A DNA stretch of 64,000 bases from a virus (IMGVR_UViG_3300013132_005788:5329-69328), one strand, 5' to 3'; positions 50,401 through 60,378 are shown, counted from the first letter of the stretch. The notes: generated by a model not told the origin, from the letters alone. Translations and numbers: made by a program.

Positions 50401-52197
50401 ATGTTCAAAGAAGAAAAGAAGGAAATCATTGTCCTTAGTGAAAAGGACCACATCAGGCAAAAACCCACAGTATATGTTGGATCAGTAAAAGCATCAGAGG
50501 AAAAACTCCCGATGATTAAAGGCGGGAGAATTTATATTGAGACGCAAAATATATCAGTTGGACTTTACAAGCTGTTTGATGAAGTATTCTCAAATTCTCT
50601 AGATGAGGCTAAGAGAATGAAGGGAAAAATGAAACTCATAGAGGTTCGGGTTGAAAGCGGGCCAAACAGAATGATTATCAGGGATTCTGGTAATGGGTTT
50701 TATAAGGGAACTGAAATCAATAAAGTGTCAGGAAAATCCAACATAGAAACAGCAGTTTCTGAATTAAGAGCGGGATCAAACTTTAGAAATGATGATGTGG
50801 AAGAAAGCTTGGTCGGAACCAATGGTATGGGAGTTAGCCTTGTTAATGTTCTTTCTAAAAAATTCAAGATAATCACCACAAATGATAAATTTTACTATGA
50901 ACAGGAATGGGATGATTATAATGTTACCCCTGCGATAATCAAAAAGAATACTGGCGAATTTCAGAAGGGAACCGAGGTTTCATTCCAACCTCTGTGTTCT
51001 GTTTTTAGTCCATGTAAGTGGGACAAGGATATCCTAACCTCAACATTAACATTTAAGAGAGACCTGATCAGAAAGGACCCAGAGATATCCAAACTAGAAA
51101 TCAAATTCTATTGGGATGACCAAGAGGTAAAACTTCCCGATAGTATTTTTGGTAAGGAATCGTATCTTATAGAAACACCAATAGGTCAGATTGCAATATG
51201 GGAAAAATACGAGGGAAGCGGATCTATTAGTTTTGTCAACTCTGCAATGTGTAGCGGAATACATCAAAAGATATTCAATGATTTCATCAATGAAAAATTG
51301 GACGACACGCTAGGACATCATTTCTATGACACGTATATCACACTAAATCTACCTCCTAAGGCAGTTAGATTTGGGGATCAGAATAAAACAAAGTTCGTCT
51401 CCCAGAGAGAAGAGGTTGAACCATTTATCTCTAGAAATTTTGGTAACAAGATTCAGGCATTCTTTAAGACCACTTTATTTGAATTCATTAAGAAAAAAGT
51501 AGAGGAGAGAAGAAACGACGGATTTGTGAAGAAATTAAAGGCGGAAAAAAGAAAGGTCAATCTCAAAAATTCTCATAAGTATTTTCCCGCAGATAGAAGT
51601 AATGCGGAGAACCTATTTATTGTGGAAGGACTTTCTGCGATGGGATCTATTCTACAGAAAAGAAATCCCAAGGATGATGGCGTTTATGCACTCAAGGGTA
51701 AAATCAAGAATTGTAAAACGATTGGGGATCTTTCGGAGAATAAAGAGATCCTTGAACTTATGCACATTCTTGGACTAGATCCAACTATTAAATCAGGGAC
51801 ACTGAGCGGCTATAAAAAAGCTGTGATATCAACCGATGCAGATCCTGATGGAGCTCACATAACTTCTTTGATTATAAATCTTTTCCATAAATGGTTTCCT
51901 CAGGTTGTAAGAAGCGGACAGCTCATGATTCTCAGAACACCCTTGGTTTCAACCGGTGATGGAAAAAGAAGAAAATATTATTTTGATCTCGATGATTTCA
52001 AGAAGAACCATAAAAATGGATCGGGCCCTATTAGATATTTAAAGGGATTGGGATCTCTTTCCCCAGAGGATTGGGAATATGTGATGTCCAATAAGGACCT
52101 AATTTCCATAACAAATTCATCAGAGGATGATAAATACTTAGAAATGGCCTTTGGTGATTCGTCGGATCTCAGAAAGAAATGGCTTTCTGGTTCCTAA
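50401..52197 (+). CDS. Type IIA DNA topoisomerase ATPase/TOPRIM subunit (T4 gp39+gp60-like)
   Basis: EVFSNSLDE, DSGNG, GSNF, GTNGMG, VEGLSA, LKGKI, TDADPDG, YLKGLGS. Confidence 0.93.
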   Translation: MFKEEKKEIIVLSEKDHIRQKPTVYVGSVKASEEKLPMIKGGRIYIETQNISVGLYKLFDEVFSNSLDEAKRMKGKMKLIEVRVESGPNRMIIRDSGNGFYKGTEINKVSGKSNIETAVSELRAGSNFRNDDVEESLVGTNGMGVSLVNVLSKKFKIITTNDKFYYEQEWDDYNVTPAIIKKNTGEFQKGTEVSFQPLCSVFSPCKWDKDILTSTLTFKRDLIRKDPEISKLEIKFYWDDQEVKLPDSIFGKESYLIETPIGQIAIWEKYEGSGSISFVNSAMCSGIHQKIFNDFINEKLDDTLGHHFYDTYITLNLPPKAVRFGDQNKTKFVSQREEVEPFISRNFGNKIQAFFKTTLFEFIKKKVEERRNDGFVKKLKAEKRKVNLKNSHKYFPADRSNAENLFIVEGLSAMGSILQKRNPKDDGVYALKGKIKNCKTIGDLSENKEILELMHILGLDPTIKSGTLSGYKKAVISTDADPDGAHITSLIINLFHKWFPQVVRSGQLMILRTPLVSTGDGKRRKYYFDLDDFKKNHKNGSGPIRYLKGLGSLSPEDWEYVMSNKDLISITNSSEDDKYLEMAFGDSSDLRKKWLSGS

Positions 52198-52211
52198 GTT
52201 ATTTTCGAAGG

Positions 52212-52235
52212 GATATATACTTATCTAGATATATA
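52212..52235 (+). promoter_or_regulatory. Tandem putative late promoters (GATATATA x2)
   Basis: Octamers at 52212 and 52228. Confidence 0.65.
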
Positions 52236-52242
52236 CAATAAG

Positions 52243-52968
52243 ATGCTGAAGAGATTAAAAGATTTCGTTTTTGAGCAAGAAGAGTCGGCTTCGGTCGGTG
52301 CTTCAGGTAAGCTCTCAATAAAATGGCTCAAGCCCGACCTAGCAGAGGAAGTTGAGTCATATGACGATGCTGCAAGGATTGAATTTTACCAGCATAATAT
52401 AGATATACCCAATAAGGACGTAAGCAAAGTTGCTGCAAGATCAACTAAATTTTATAAATACCTTATTGAGCCATTTAAGAAAGGCGAATTAAAAACACTT
52501 CCAACCACATCTGATGACGAATTTCAGGTGACTAAAATTCAAAATTTGATGCACTATGAATTCGAAAACATCTCAGCAGGTGCTTATGGAAGAACATATG
52601 CTGATGTGATTAATCAAATGGCGGAGGATCTAAAATCGGGAGGCAGTTTAAATTTGCCGGCCCCGATCGTAATTAGATTCATCAACTTTGGCGAAACTAG
52701 AAGATCATCAGAGGCAAGTTATTATTTGTTTTCTGGTAACAGAAGAATAAATCTAGCTCTTCATTACGGAATACCCATTAAAGTCTGGGTTGTTGATTTA
52801 ATTCCATCCAGAAGGGACGTAAGAGAATTTGCAGAAAAATCAGGAATTATGTCTAAAGGATCAGAATCATTTAAGGAATTTCTGAGAGGCAAAACTGGAA
52901 AAGAGACAATCGACGATCTCACTGCAAGAGAAAGATTCAGAGTTATTCAAGGACTCAAGGAAATTTAA
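52243..52968 (+). CDS. ParB/Srx-like domain protein with capsid-targeting-like leader
   Basis: MLKRLKDFVFE; PAPIVI...YYLFSGNRR..LA...G. Confidence 0.5.
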   Translation: MLKRLKDFVFEQEESASVGASGKLSIKWLKPDLAEEVESYDDAARIEFYQHNIDIPNKDVSKVAARSTKFYKYLIEPFKKGELKTLPTTSDDEFQVTKIQNLMHYEFENISAGAYGRTYADVINQMAEDLKSGGSLNLPAPIVIRFINFGETRRSSEASYYLFSGNRRINLALHYGIPIKVWVVDLIPSRRDVREFAEKSGIMSKGSESFKEFLRGKTGKETIDDLTARERFRVIQGLKEI

Positions 52969-52992
52969 TTTTTTATTTTGGATTATTTTTAT

Positions 52993-53000
52993 TACCTTTG
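52993..53000 (+). promoter_or_regulatory. Bacteroidota-type -7 box TAnnTTTG
   Basis: TACCTTTG 4 nt before the uvsE ATG. Confidence 0.45.
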
Positions 53001-53004
53001 ATCT

Positions 53005-53937
53005 ATGGATCACAGTAAAAATAATTTTGGATATTGCTGTCTGTGTCTTTCCCTTGAGAATCAGGGGATTACAACTAACAGAGGAATGGTTAAAAAAACT
53101 TTTCTGGAAAAAGGAATCTCATATGCTGCTGAGCTTGCTCTTAAAAATACTGAGGACCTGATAAAGATTATAGAATGGAACATTTCACAGGGAATTAAAA
53201 TGTATAGAATGAGCTCTGATATGTTCCCTTGGTGTTCTGAATATGAAATATCAGACCTTCCCCGTTTTGATTTGATTGCAGGAAATCTTAAAAAAGCCGG
53301 GGATCTAGCAATGGGTTCTAATTTAAGACTTAGCTTCCATCCATCACCATATTGCGTTATTGCTTCACAGAACCCAGATGTGGTGACTAAATCAATTAAG
53401 GAGCTTCGTCAGCACGGAGAGATTATGAATTTTATGGGTCTACCACAGAACCATTTTTATCCCATAAATATCCACGTTAACACTTCTAAGCCTTCCAAGG
53501 AGGAATCAGCTTCTAGATTTTGCAGGGAATTTCAGGGGCTTCCTGAATTTGTCAAAAGTAGACTCGTTATAGAGAATGACGATAAAAAATCACTTTTTAC
53601 TCCTAATGAGCTTTACTCCCTTCTGCATGAAAATATAGGAATCCCTATAACATTTGATTTCCTTCACTATAAATGTAATCCTGATGTGGATTCTACTGAA
53701 GAGGATTCTTTAAGAAAATGCCTTTCGACCTGGCCGGATGGTATTGTTCCTCTGACTCACTACTCCGATTCTAAAAAGATCTATGAGGATGCAAGCGCCA
53801 AGGAATTATCTCATACTGATTGGATATACAATAAGATAGAGACGTATGGCTTGGAGTTTTCTATCGAGCTCGAAGTCAAGATGAAGGATCTGGCACTATT
53901 AAAATACCTCCAGGATTTCCATTCCGATTCCCTGTAA
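53005..53937 (+). CDS. uvsE: UV-damage endonuclease (UvsE/UvdE)
   Basis: GYCC, YRMSSDMFP, RLSFHP, INIH, IENDD, FDFLH, HYS motifs. Confidence 0.9.
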   Translation: MDHSKNNFGYCCLCLSLENQGITTNRGMVKKTFLEKGISYAAELALKNTEDLIKIIEWNISQGIKMYRMSSDMFPWCSEYEISDLPRFDLIAGNLKKAGDLAMGSNLRLSFHPSPYCVIASQNPDVVTKSIKELRQHGEIMNFMGLPQNHFYPINIHVNTSKPSKEESASRFCREFQGLPEFVKSRLVIENDDKKSLFTPNELYSLLHENIGIPITFDFLHYKCNPDVDSTEEDSLRKCLSTWPDGIVPLTHYSDSKKIYEDASAKELSHTDWIYNKIETYGLEFSIELEVKMKDLALLKYLQDFHSDSL

Positions 53938-53940
53938 TGA

Positions 53941-53966
53941 AAACTATTGGATAAATAGTACTATAA
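53941..53966 (+). promoter_or_regulatory. Putative middle promoter AAAC-N17-TATAA
   Basis: Recurring motif. Confidence 0.45.
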
Positions 53967-53986
53967 TAGATTAAAAAATCAAAAGA

Positions 53987-54190
53987 ATGAAAAATCAAGA
54001 AATCGACGCAACTAAAGCTACTGTTACTCCAGACGAGGAAATGATGCTGAACGTTTTATCCTCTGTTATTGGATATGGATTTAATAAAGAATCTATGGCG
54101 GAAGATATTAAAGCTGGAAAATTAAAGCCTTCGGAAATAGTTGCAAATCCCACAATTTTGGAGAAATATAGGATCTCCAATAATGCCTAA
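53987..54190 (+). CDS. Small hypothetical protein
   Basis: ORF with A-rich start. Confidence 0.5.
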   Translation: MKNQEIDATKATVTPDEEMMLNVLSSVIGYGFNKESMAEDIKAGKLKPSEIVANPTILEKYRISNNA

Positions 54191-54395
54191 CATAAAGCCG
54201 ATTAAAATAGAGGATGCGTTACAGTCGTGTCTTTTCAGCTATTGTTCATCGGAAAATCCCAGATTTGTAAGTCTGGTTAGGAGCGAAGGAAAAAGTATCC
54301 TTTCTTTTATGCTTCCCTATTGGGAAAAGAAAGAAGAATATGAAAAGTGCTCTATAATACTTTCTAAAATTAAAGCTTACTATGAAATGGATTAA
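54183..54395 (+). CDS. Small protein with UVR-like C-terminal helix
   Basis: ATG 54183; EKKEEYEKCSII. Confidence 0.45.
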   Translation: MPNIKPIKIEDALQSCLFSYCSSENPRFVSLVRSEGKSILSFMLPYWEKKEEYEKCSIILSKIKAYYEMD

Positions 54396-54522
54396 AGGTG
54401 TTGCTGCAATTATCTCTATGGGATTATTCTTGGCTGCAGTGTCTCTCACTTTCTTTTTTCTTTGGATTGATAATTTCTTAGGTATGGTAGTTAATTACAT
54501 ATCAGGAAGAAGGAGAAGATGA
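54382..54522 (+). CDS. Small membrane protein (46 aa, not in ORF track)
   Basis: [28 protein letters not shown]...GRRRR; ATGA overlap with dnaJ. Confidence 0.55.
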   Translation: MKWIKGVAAIISMGLFLAAVSLTFFFLWIDNFLGMVVNYISGRRRR

Positions 54523-55541
54523 AGAATTATTACGAAATATTAGGTGTGCAGAAAAATGCCACGGATGATGAATTAAAAAAGGCCTATCGAAAATTAGCTT
54601 TGCAATATCATCCTGATAAGAACCCCGGAACCGAAGATAAATTCAAGGAGGTAGCGGAGGCTTATGAGACTCTCTCCAATCCAGAAAAGAGGAAAAAATA
54701 TGACAATCCTCTGCGAGGATTTAGCGGTGGATTTGAAGGATTTGATTCGGCATATTCTGATTTATTTAATCAGTGGAACTCGAGAAACTCCAAAATAAGA
54801 AGCAAGGGTCAGAGCCTGAGCATTTACATTCAATTAGGTATAGACGATTCAATCACCGGGATCTCAAAAAAAATCAGGCTAAAGAGAAAAGTCAGATGTA
54901 AACCTTGTGGCGGAAACGGATCCCTAAATGGATCATCATTTCAGTCCTGCGGAGAGTGTAATGGTAGGGGAATGGTGGATGCCTACAGTAATAGGGGATT
55001 TGTTCAGATGATACAGACCGTGGCATGTCCCAAATGCCAGGGAAAGGGAAAGGTTATACTGGAGGGATGCGATACATGTCTCTCCTCTGGACTTGCCGAC
55101 ATGGAAGATGTGATAGAAGTTAATATTCCTGCTGGAGCAGTTGAGGGAATGCAGTTTCAGGTGCACGGTAAGGGAAATGAAGATCCTATGGGTGGAGATA
55201 ATGGGGATTTAATAGTGAACGTGAGGGAACTAAAAGATGCTAGATTTCAAAGGATAGGAAATAATATACAGACGTCTAAGATAATATCTTTTATTGACGC
55301 TTGTGTGGGAACAACATTGGATGTGGAGCTTCCGCTTAATGAGAAAGCAACGATATCGGTGGATCCTGGAACAAAATCAGGCACTATTCTCAAATTCACG
55401 GGCAAAGGAATTCCTCATTTAGGTATTGGAATAAAAGGAGATTTTTTGGTTGAGGTTAAAATACATGTTCCTGATAACCTCTCCGATGGGCAAAAAGAAA
55501 TACTAGAAAAACTTAAACAAATTGATTTTATTTTACCATGA
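54519..55541 (+). CDS. dnaJ: DnaJ chaperone
   Basis: HPD J-domain, CxxCxGxG zinc repeats, C-terminal substrate domain. Confidence 0.92.
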   Translation: MKNYYEILGVQKNATDDELKKAYRKLALQYHPDKNPGTEDKFKEVAEAYETLSNPEKRKKYDNPLRGFSGGFEGFDSAYSDLFNQWNSRNSKIRSKGQSLSIYIQLGIDDSITGISKKIRLKRKVRCKPCGGNGSLNGSSFQSCGECNGRGMVDAYSNRGFVQMIQTVACPKCQGKGKVILEGCDTCLSSGLADMEDVIEVNIPAGAVEGMQFQVHGKGNEDPMGGDNGDLIVNVRELKDARFQRIGNNIQTSKIISFIDACVGTTLDVELPLNEKATISVDPGTKSGTILKFTGKGIPHLGIGIKGDFLVEVKIHVPDNLSDGQKEILEKLKQIDFILP

Positions 55542-55837
55542 TTTCACTATTGACATTTATTCTTTCCTGTTGGGGGCTAACCCATATTATCGTTTCGGGT
55601 AAAATATTGGACGATATAAGAAATTACATCATAGTTAAAAGCCAATTTTTAGGAGATCTCATAACATGTCATCAGTGTACTGGACTTTGGATTGGTATGG
55701 CTTTGAGTTTTTTGTTTCCTAATCTTCATGATGTTATTCCCAGATTCGGGTTTATATTATATGGATTTATTTCGTCCGGGTCCTGTTCCCTAATTATTTC
55801 GGTAATTTACATGATGAGTAGAGTTGGAAGAAATTGA
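55538..55837 (+). CDS. DUF1360-like membrane protein
   Basis: [15 protein letters not shown] between TM helices. Confidence 0.65.
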   Translation: MISLLTFILSCWGLTHIIVSGKILDDIRNYIIVKSQFLGDLITCHQCTGLWIGMALSFLFPNLHDVIPRFGFILYGFISSGSCSLIISVIYMMSRVGRN

Positions 55838-55843
55838 TATATA
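55836..55843 (+). promoter_or_regulatory. Putative late promoter GATATATA
   Basis: Exact octamer. Confidence 0.65.
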
Positions 55844-55856
55844 GAAGAAAAAAATC

Positions 55857-56897
55857 TTGAAGAACCTAAAGAATTTTTACCAATTTGTAATAGAACAGGA
55901 AGATAGTTCCAAGATAGAAACTGATGCTCAAGTTAAGAGCAGAATTGCTAAGGCACTGGTTGGGTCTCTATTTGGAGCTGATGTTAGTACGGCTGGAGTG
56001 GACGCCATGATTGACGATACCAAAGAGACTAAAGGTTCTCTTCCCTACAGAGGATGCAGCAGATCAACTCCATATCAGATAAGCAATAAAGAATTGCCAG
56101 TTTCATTTTTTTCGGGAGTGATGGATAATCTCCAGAAGAAACAAAATCTAGATTACTCTATGGCATTGGAAGACCTTAAGGGTAAAAAATCCATCATAGT
56201 TGGGATAAGAAATAAGCTCAGTGTGAAGAAATCTGAAGGAGACGCTTTCTGTGATGTTCTATATTTTATTCCAGAAAATGCTAATCCAACTGATATGATC
56301 TCCCCTTATCAGATCACAACTTGTCCTTCATTGTCATATTACGGCGATAAGCCTCTTTCTGCTTCAGGGACTGCTATTAAAGCACCAGGTGATTCACTAT
56401 ACATATTGGCAAATCATAAACTTGAGCATGGAACATATAAGATGTTTCTAGAAGGAGAGCCAACAAAATTTTATAGATATAATAAGGGAATAAAACAATT
56501 CGACACATATAAACCTGGACAGCTTCAGCAGGAATATATAGGTCTTCTGATTCACAGATCATCTTCATCGAAAGGAGTTTGTGTTGGCCCGTGGTCAGGA
56601 GGATGTCAAGTTTTTGATGAAAAGTCTAAATTTGATGAGTTTATTAAAAAAGCTGAAGCCCAATCATCAAATCAGGGCAGATTCTATTATGCCTTAATTG
56701 AATTGGATTCGATATCTGATGATGATTTTTCCAAACTTTCGAAGGGAGAAGATTTAGTTGCTAGCGCTGAAGGGACAGATGTAAAGGATCAAGGAGATAA
56801 GAAGGAAAAAAGAGCGAAGAAAAAAATTAAAAAAAGCAAGCCGGAAGAAAAGGGATTCGTAGCAAAGACTAAAGAATTCTTTGGATTCTCTTCTTAA
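55857..56897 (+). CDS. Putative L,D-transpeptidase-fold cell-wall enzyme with capsid-targeting-like leader (TTG start)
   Basis: IVGIRN...TT.P...GTA...GLLIH...WSGGCQVF; N-terminus MKNLKNFYQFVIE. Confidence 0.55.
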   Translation: MKNLKNFYQFVIEQEDSSKIETDAQVKSRIAKALVGSLFGADVSTAGVDAMIDDTKETKGSLPYRGCSRSTPYQISNKELPVSFFSGVMDNLQKKQNLDYSMALEDLKGKKSIIVGIRNKLSVKKSEGDAFCDVLYFIPENANPTDMISPYQITTCPSLSYYGDKPLSASGTAIKAPGDSLYILANHKLEHGTYKMFLEGEPTKFYRYNKGIKQFDTYKPGQLQQEYIGLLIHRSSSSKGVCVGPWSGGCQVFDEKSKFDEFIKKAEAQSSNQGRFYYALIELDSISDDDFSKLSKGEDLVASAEGTDVKDQGDKKEKRAKKKIKKSKPEEKGFVAKTKEFFGFSS

Positions 56898-56913
56898 TCT
56901 TATCAATTACAAG

Positions 56914-56940
56914 AAACTTTACTGGTTTTTTGCTCTAAAA
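56914..56940 (+). promoter_or_regulatory. Putative middle promoter AAAC-N18-TAAAA
   Basis: Recurring motif upstream of the topoisomerase, clamp and polymerase genes. Confidence 0.5.
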
Positions 56941-56958
56941 TCTTAAAAAGATAAGATA

Positions 56959-58386
56959 TTGAGCCAGAAGCTAACAATTCCAGAGCAGATCAATAAAGAC
57001 TACAGAAGGTATGCTCTTTATGTTATACAGAGCAGGGGAATCCCTAATTTTTATGATGGATTAACCCCGGTTCAGAGAATTATTCTCCAGATGGCTCCTA
57101 ATTCATTTGATAAAACATTAGGAGTTGTCGGATCGGTTTTTAAGACCGGTCTATATCACCATGGAGATGCTTCCTTAGCTTCTGCCATATGCAAGCTTTC
57201 TAGACCCTTTGGATGTTCCGAGCAAATACTTTTAGGCGATGGATTTTTTGGAACCCCAGTAAATCCCACGCCATCTGCTCCTCGATACACGCAAGTAAAG
57301 ATATCACCTAAATTCAGAGGACTATTAGAGAAACATAGTGATCTAAATATTCCCAATGAAGAGGGTGGATTTGATTGGCTACATGTTGAGCTTCCGATGG
57401 GAATGGCAACTCACGTGGTTGGAATAGCTGTTGGATATAGATCTAATATTCTTCCGAGAAAATTGGAAGAGATAGAAGCATATCTAAATGGTGATAAAAG
57501 CAAAAAACTAAAGCCTTATTTTAAAGGATTCAAGGGTAAGATCTCTAGAGTTGATGGACTTAGATCCTCTTGGCTAATTGAAGGAAATTTCGAGGAAGAC
57601 ATTGAGAATAAGACCATCAAAATAGATGGACTTTCACCTCTTCAGAGGTATGACTCTTTTATGAATAAACTTAACTCCTATCTTGATTCAAAGGGGTTTA
57701 TTTATAAGATGAGCAACACCACAACTGATGAGGTGAGAATGACCATTAAATTCAGATGCACAACTGATGAATTTAGAGACATATCCAAGCAGATTAGAAA
57801 AGACACCCAGCAAATAGTAACTGAAAATATAGTTATAGTTAAGGATGGATCAGTAATGGAATATGATTCATTGGAGCAATATTTGGACGAGTTTTCCGTC
57901 CATAGAGAGCTGGTTTTTCTTAGAAGAATTCTAAAAGACCTTGAGTATTCAAGCAATGAGCTTTCTTTTCTGGAAGCTAAACTTAATTTTTTGATTTTTA
58001 TGTCAGAAAAAAAGAGGGCTAGCGATGAGATCCAGGATTTTCTAAGACAATTTGATTCCAGAATAAAATCAAAATTGGAATCAATCTCTCTAATCAAGCT
58101 GAACAAAGAGGAAATAGCTAAAACCAAAGAAGACATACAAAACAAGAAGGAAGAGATATCAAATCTTAAAAAGCTTCATAAAGATCAGCAGAAAAAGTAT
58201 GATGCTATTCTTGTCGAATGGAACAGAGAGGGAATTAAAAAGGCCAAGAGAGCTTCACTTCTGGTTGAATCATCAGGAGACGAATACTTTAACGGAGTTA
58301 AAATATGGAACCCAGAGGAGGACTTAGCAGAGCCAATTCCAGAGGGCGCAGAGGAATCTGAAGAATCATTAGAAACAAATCAATAA
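56959..58386 (+). CDS. Type IIA DNA topoisomerase breakage-reunion subunit (T4 gp52-like, TTG start)
   Basis: RGIP..YDGLTPVQR, YHHGDAS, SAPRYT catalytic Tyr, GIAVGY. Confidence 0.92.
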   Translation: MSQKLTIPEQINKDYRRYALYVIQSRGIPNFYDGLTPVQRIILQMAPNSFDKTLGVVGSVFKTGLYHHGDASLASAICKLSRPFGCSEQILLGDGFFGTPVNPTPSAPRYTQVKISPKFRGLLEKHSDLNIPNEEGGFDWLHVELPMGMATHVVGIAVGYRSNILPRKLEEIEAYLNGDKSKKLKPYFKGFKGKISRVDGLRSSWLIEGNFEEDIENKTIKIDGLSPLQRYDSFMNKLNSYLDSKGFIYKMSNTTTDEVRMTIKFRCTTDEFRDISKQIRKDTQQIVTENIVIVKDGSVMEYDSLEQYLDEFSVHRELVFLRRILKDLEYSSNELSFLEAKLNFLIFMSEKKRASDEIQDFLRQFDSRIKSKLESISLIKLNKEEIAKTKEDIQNKKEEISNLKKLHKDQQKKYDAILVEWNREGIKKAKRASLLVESSGDEYFNGVKIWNPEEDLAEPIPEGAEESEESLETNQ

Positions 58387-58416
58387 TCAATCTGTATTAA
58401 TAATAAATCTAAAAAA

Positions 58417-59184
58417 ATGAGCAAAAAAGGGCAAACTTGGAAATTTAGAATAGTTAACACGTCTAATTTCATTTCATTCCTAAGAAAGGTTAAACTTGTA
58501 GATAAAAGCGTTCCTCTCGAACTTGACGGAGACGATCTTTTTGGAAAAGTCAGAACAGTCGACAAATCTGTTGTGAAATTTGTTTCTATCAAAATCAAGG
58601 ATGTTCTCGAGGGGGAATTACCTGCACAGAGAATAAAAATAGGAATCCAGGATATAGGGAAATTAATCGAGGTTTTCAAGTATTTTGGACCGGAAGAGGA
58701 ACTTCACTTGGAGATATCTTCGCAGCCATATGATAACTATATTGTGGCGACTGATATTAAGTTCTATTCATCAAGTCTTAATATATTTATTAGATGCGCT
58801 GATATCTCTTTGTTAACCTATATAGATGACGAGATACAAAAAACCATACATTCAACCAATGGTTCACTTGCTGATTTTAAGCTTGGTAAGGATGTGTTTC
58901 AAAAACTTTCTCAGCTCACTAATATCGAATCAAACTCCGAAGAGCTCTTAAATCTCGACCTTCATGAGAACGGATTGACGGTCAGAGGAAATTCATTTCA
59001 GTTTCATGCAATAAAGGATGGTGCTGTAAATGGATTTGAGTCTCCCTCCGTTTATACCATCTATAAGAATCAATTTTCTTTTATAGATCAAGAAAATTCG
59101 CTCTTCCATATTCAGGATAATAGAATAGTAGTTATCTCGGAGGAATCAAATTCCAAGATAGCTATTGGACTTGTTGAGTGTTAA
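58417..59184 (+). CDS. Probable DNA sliding clamp
   Basis: 255 aa alpha/beta two-repeat pattern, directly upstream of the polymerase C-half. Confidence 0.55.
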   Translation: MSKKGQTWKFRIVNTSNFISFLRKVKLVDKSVPLELDGDDLFGKVRTVDKSVVKFVSIKIKDVLEGELPAQRIKIGIQDIGKLIEVFKYFGPEEELHLEISSQPYDNYIVATDIKFYSSSLNIFIRCADISLLTYIDDEIQKTIHSTNGSLADFKLGKDVFQKLSQLTNIESNSEELLNLDLHENGLTVRGNSFQFHAIKDGAVNGFESPSVYTIYKNQFSFIDQENSLFHIQDNRIVVISEESNSKIAIGLVEC

Positions 59185-59211
59185 GATCCAGATTTATTTT
59201 ATTTACATATT

Positions 59212-60378
59212 ATGGAAAACAATTACGAGAATCTCTCCGTAGAGGAGTTGCAGTCCGAACTATCTAGATTAAAAAAGATGTCATCGGATTACAAGAACGA
59301 GGAGCAGGGAGTTAAGTTAACGCTTAACAGTATATACGGAGCCTTGGGAAATCAATACTTTGCATTTTTTAATACTGAGGTCGCTGAAAGCGTAACTCTT
59401 CAAGGACAGGATTTAATTAAATTTGCAGAGAAGATTCTGAATAAGTATTTCCATGAGCATTGGCATCTAGACACGGAGCTACACGAGAAGCTGGGAGCTA
59501 GAAACGTTAGACCCCTTACCGGAGACATGGTTATCTACATAGACACGGATTCTAACTATGTCAACTTTGGTAGAGTAGCCACGTGCTGTGAATATGACTA
59601 TTCCCCTCTTGAGTTCCTGTTTAAACTCAATGAATACAGACTAAATGATTATCTCAAGAAGTGTTTTGATATCTATGCGAAGAAATGGAACACAGAAAAC
59701 TTCCAGGACTTCGAATTAGAATCCATTTCCAGAAACGGAATATTTCTGGGAAAGAAAAAATACGTTCTGAACCTTGCCTGGGAATCCCCTGGTACAGATC
59801 AAATAGAGGACCTTAGCCGCATTAAACCAACTGGAGTTGAGTTAGCCCAAGGCGGAACTCCTCCGTTCGTTAGAACCAATCTCTCGATGCTTTTAAAGCA
59901 TATCTTTAGCAGGGGTAAGGCTTTTGATTTAAGAGAGTTTGTAAAAATCCTCAAGGATGTCAAAACTAAGTTTAAGGTTCAATCACCGGACGAGATCTCG
60001 ATAGGAACATCTGTGAATAACATAGAGAAATTCATTCTTAATGACACGACTAAATTTGAGGTTGGCAAGGGATGTCCGATGCATGTGAGAGCGGCGGGAT
60101 ATCATAATTGTCTACTTAATAATTCCAAATATAAAACAAAGTACAGCCTAATAAGATCTGGGGAGAAAATCAAATTCTATTTTGTAGACACAAAGAGCGA
60201 AGCAGAAAATAATGTTTTTGGGTATCTAAATGGATCCTATCCATATGAAATAGCTCCGCCTATAAACTATGACGAGCAATTCAATAGAACTATTCTGGAT
60301 CCTGTTAATCGATTCATCGAAGCCATGGGATATCCTCCTCTATCTCCCAATTTATTACTGGTTCGTGCTTTGTTCTAA
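59212..60378 (+). CDS. DNA polymerase family B, C-terminal half (motifs B and C, thumb)
   Basis: KLTLNSIYGALGN, YIDTDS, KKKY, hydrophobic C-terminal LLVRALF clamp-binding-like tail. Confidence 0.9.
   Translation: MENNYENLSVEELQSELSRLKKMSSDYKNEEQGVKLTLNSIYGALGNQYFAFFNTEVAESVTLQGQDLIKFAEKILNKYFHEHWHLDTELHEKLGARNVRPLTGDMVIYIDTDSNYVNFGRVATCCEYDYSPLEFLFKLNEYRLNDYLKKCFDIYAKKWNTENFQDFELESISRNGIFLGKKKYVLNLAWESPGTDQIEDLSRIKPTGVELAQGGTPPFVRTNLSMLLKHIFSRGKAFDLREFVKILKDVKTKFKVQSPDEISIGTSVNNIEKFILNDTTKFEVGKGCPMHVRAAGYHNCLLNNSKYKTKYSLIRSGEKIKFYFVDTKSEAENNVFGYLNGSYPYEIAPPINYDEQFNRTILDPVNRFIEAMGYPPLSPNLLLVRALF

Noticed and set aside
35812-60378. Split intein or intron joining the polymerase halves
   Set aside because: No intein terminal residues or HINT-like blocks at either break, no intron core recognised, and both ends look like helical extensions
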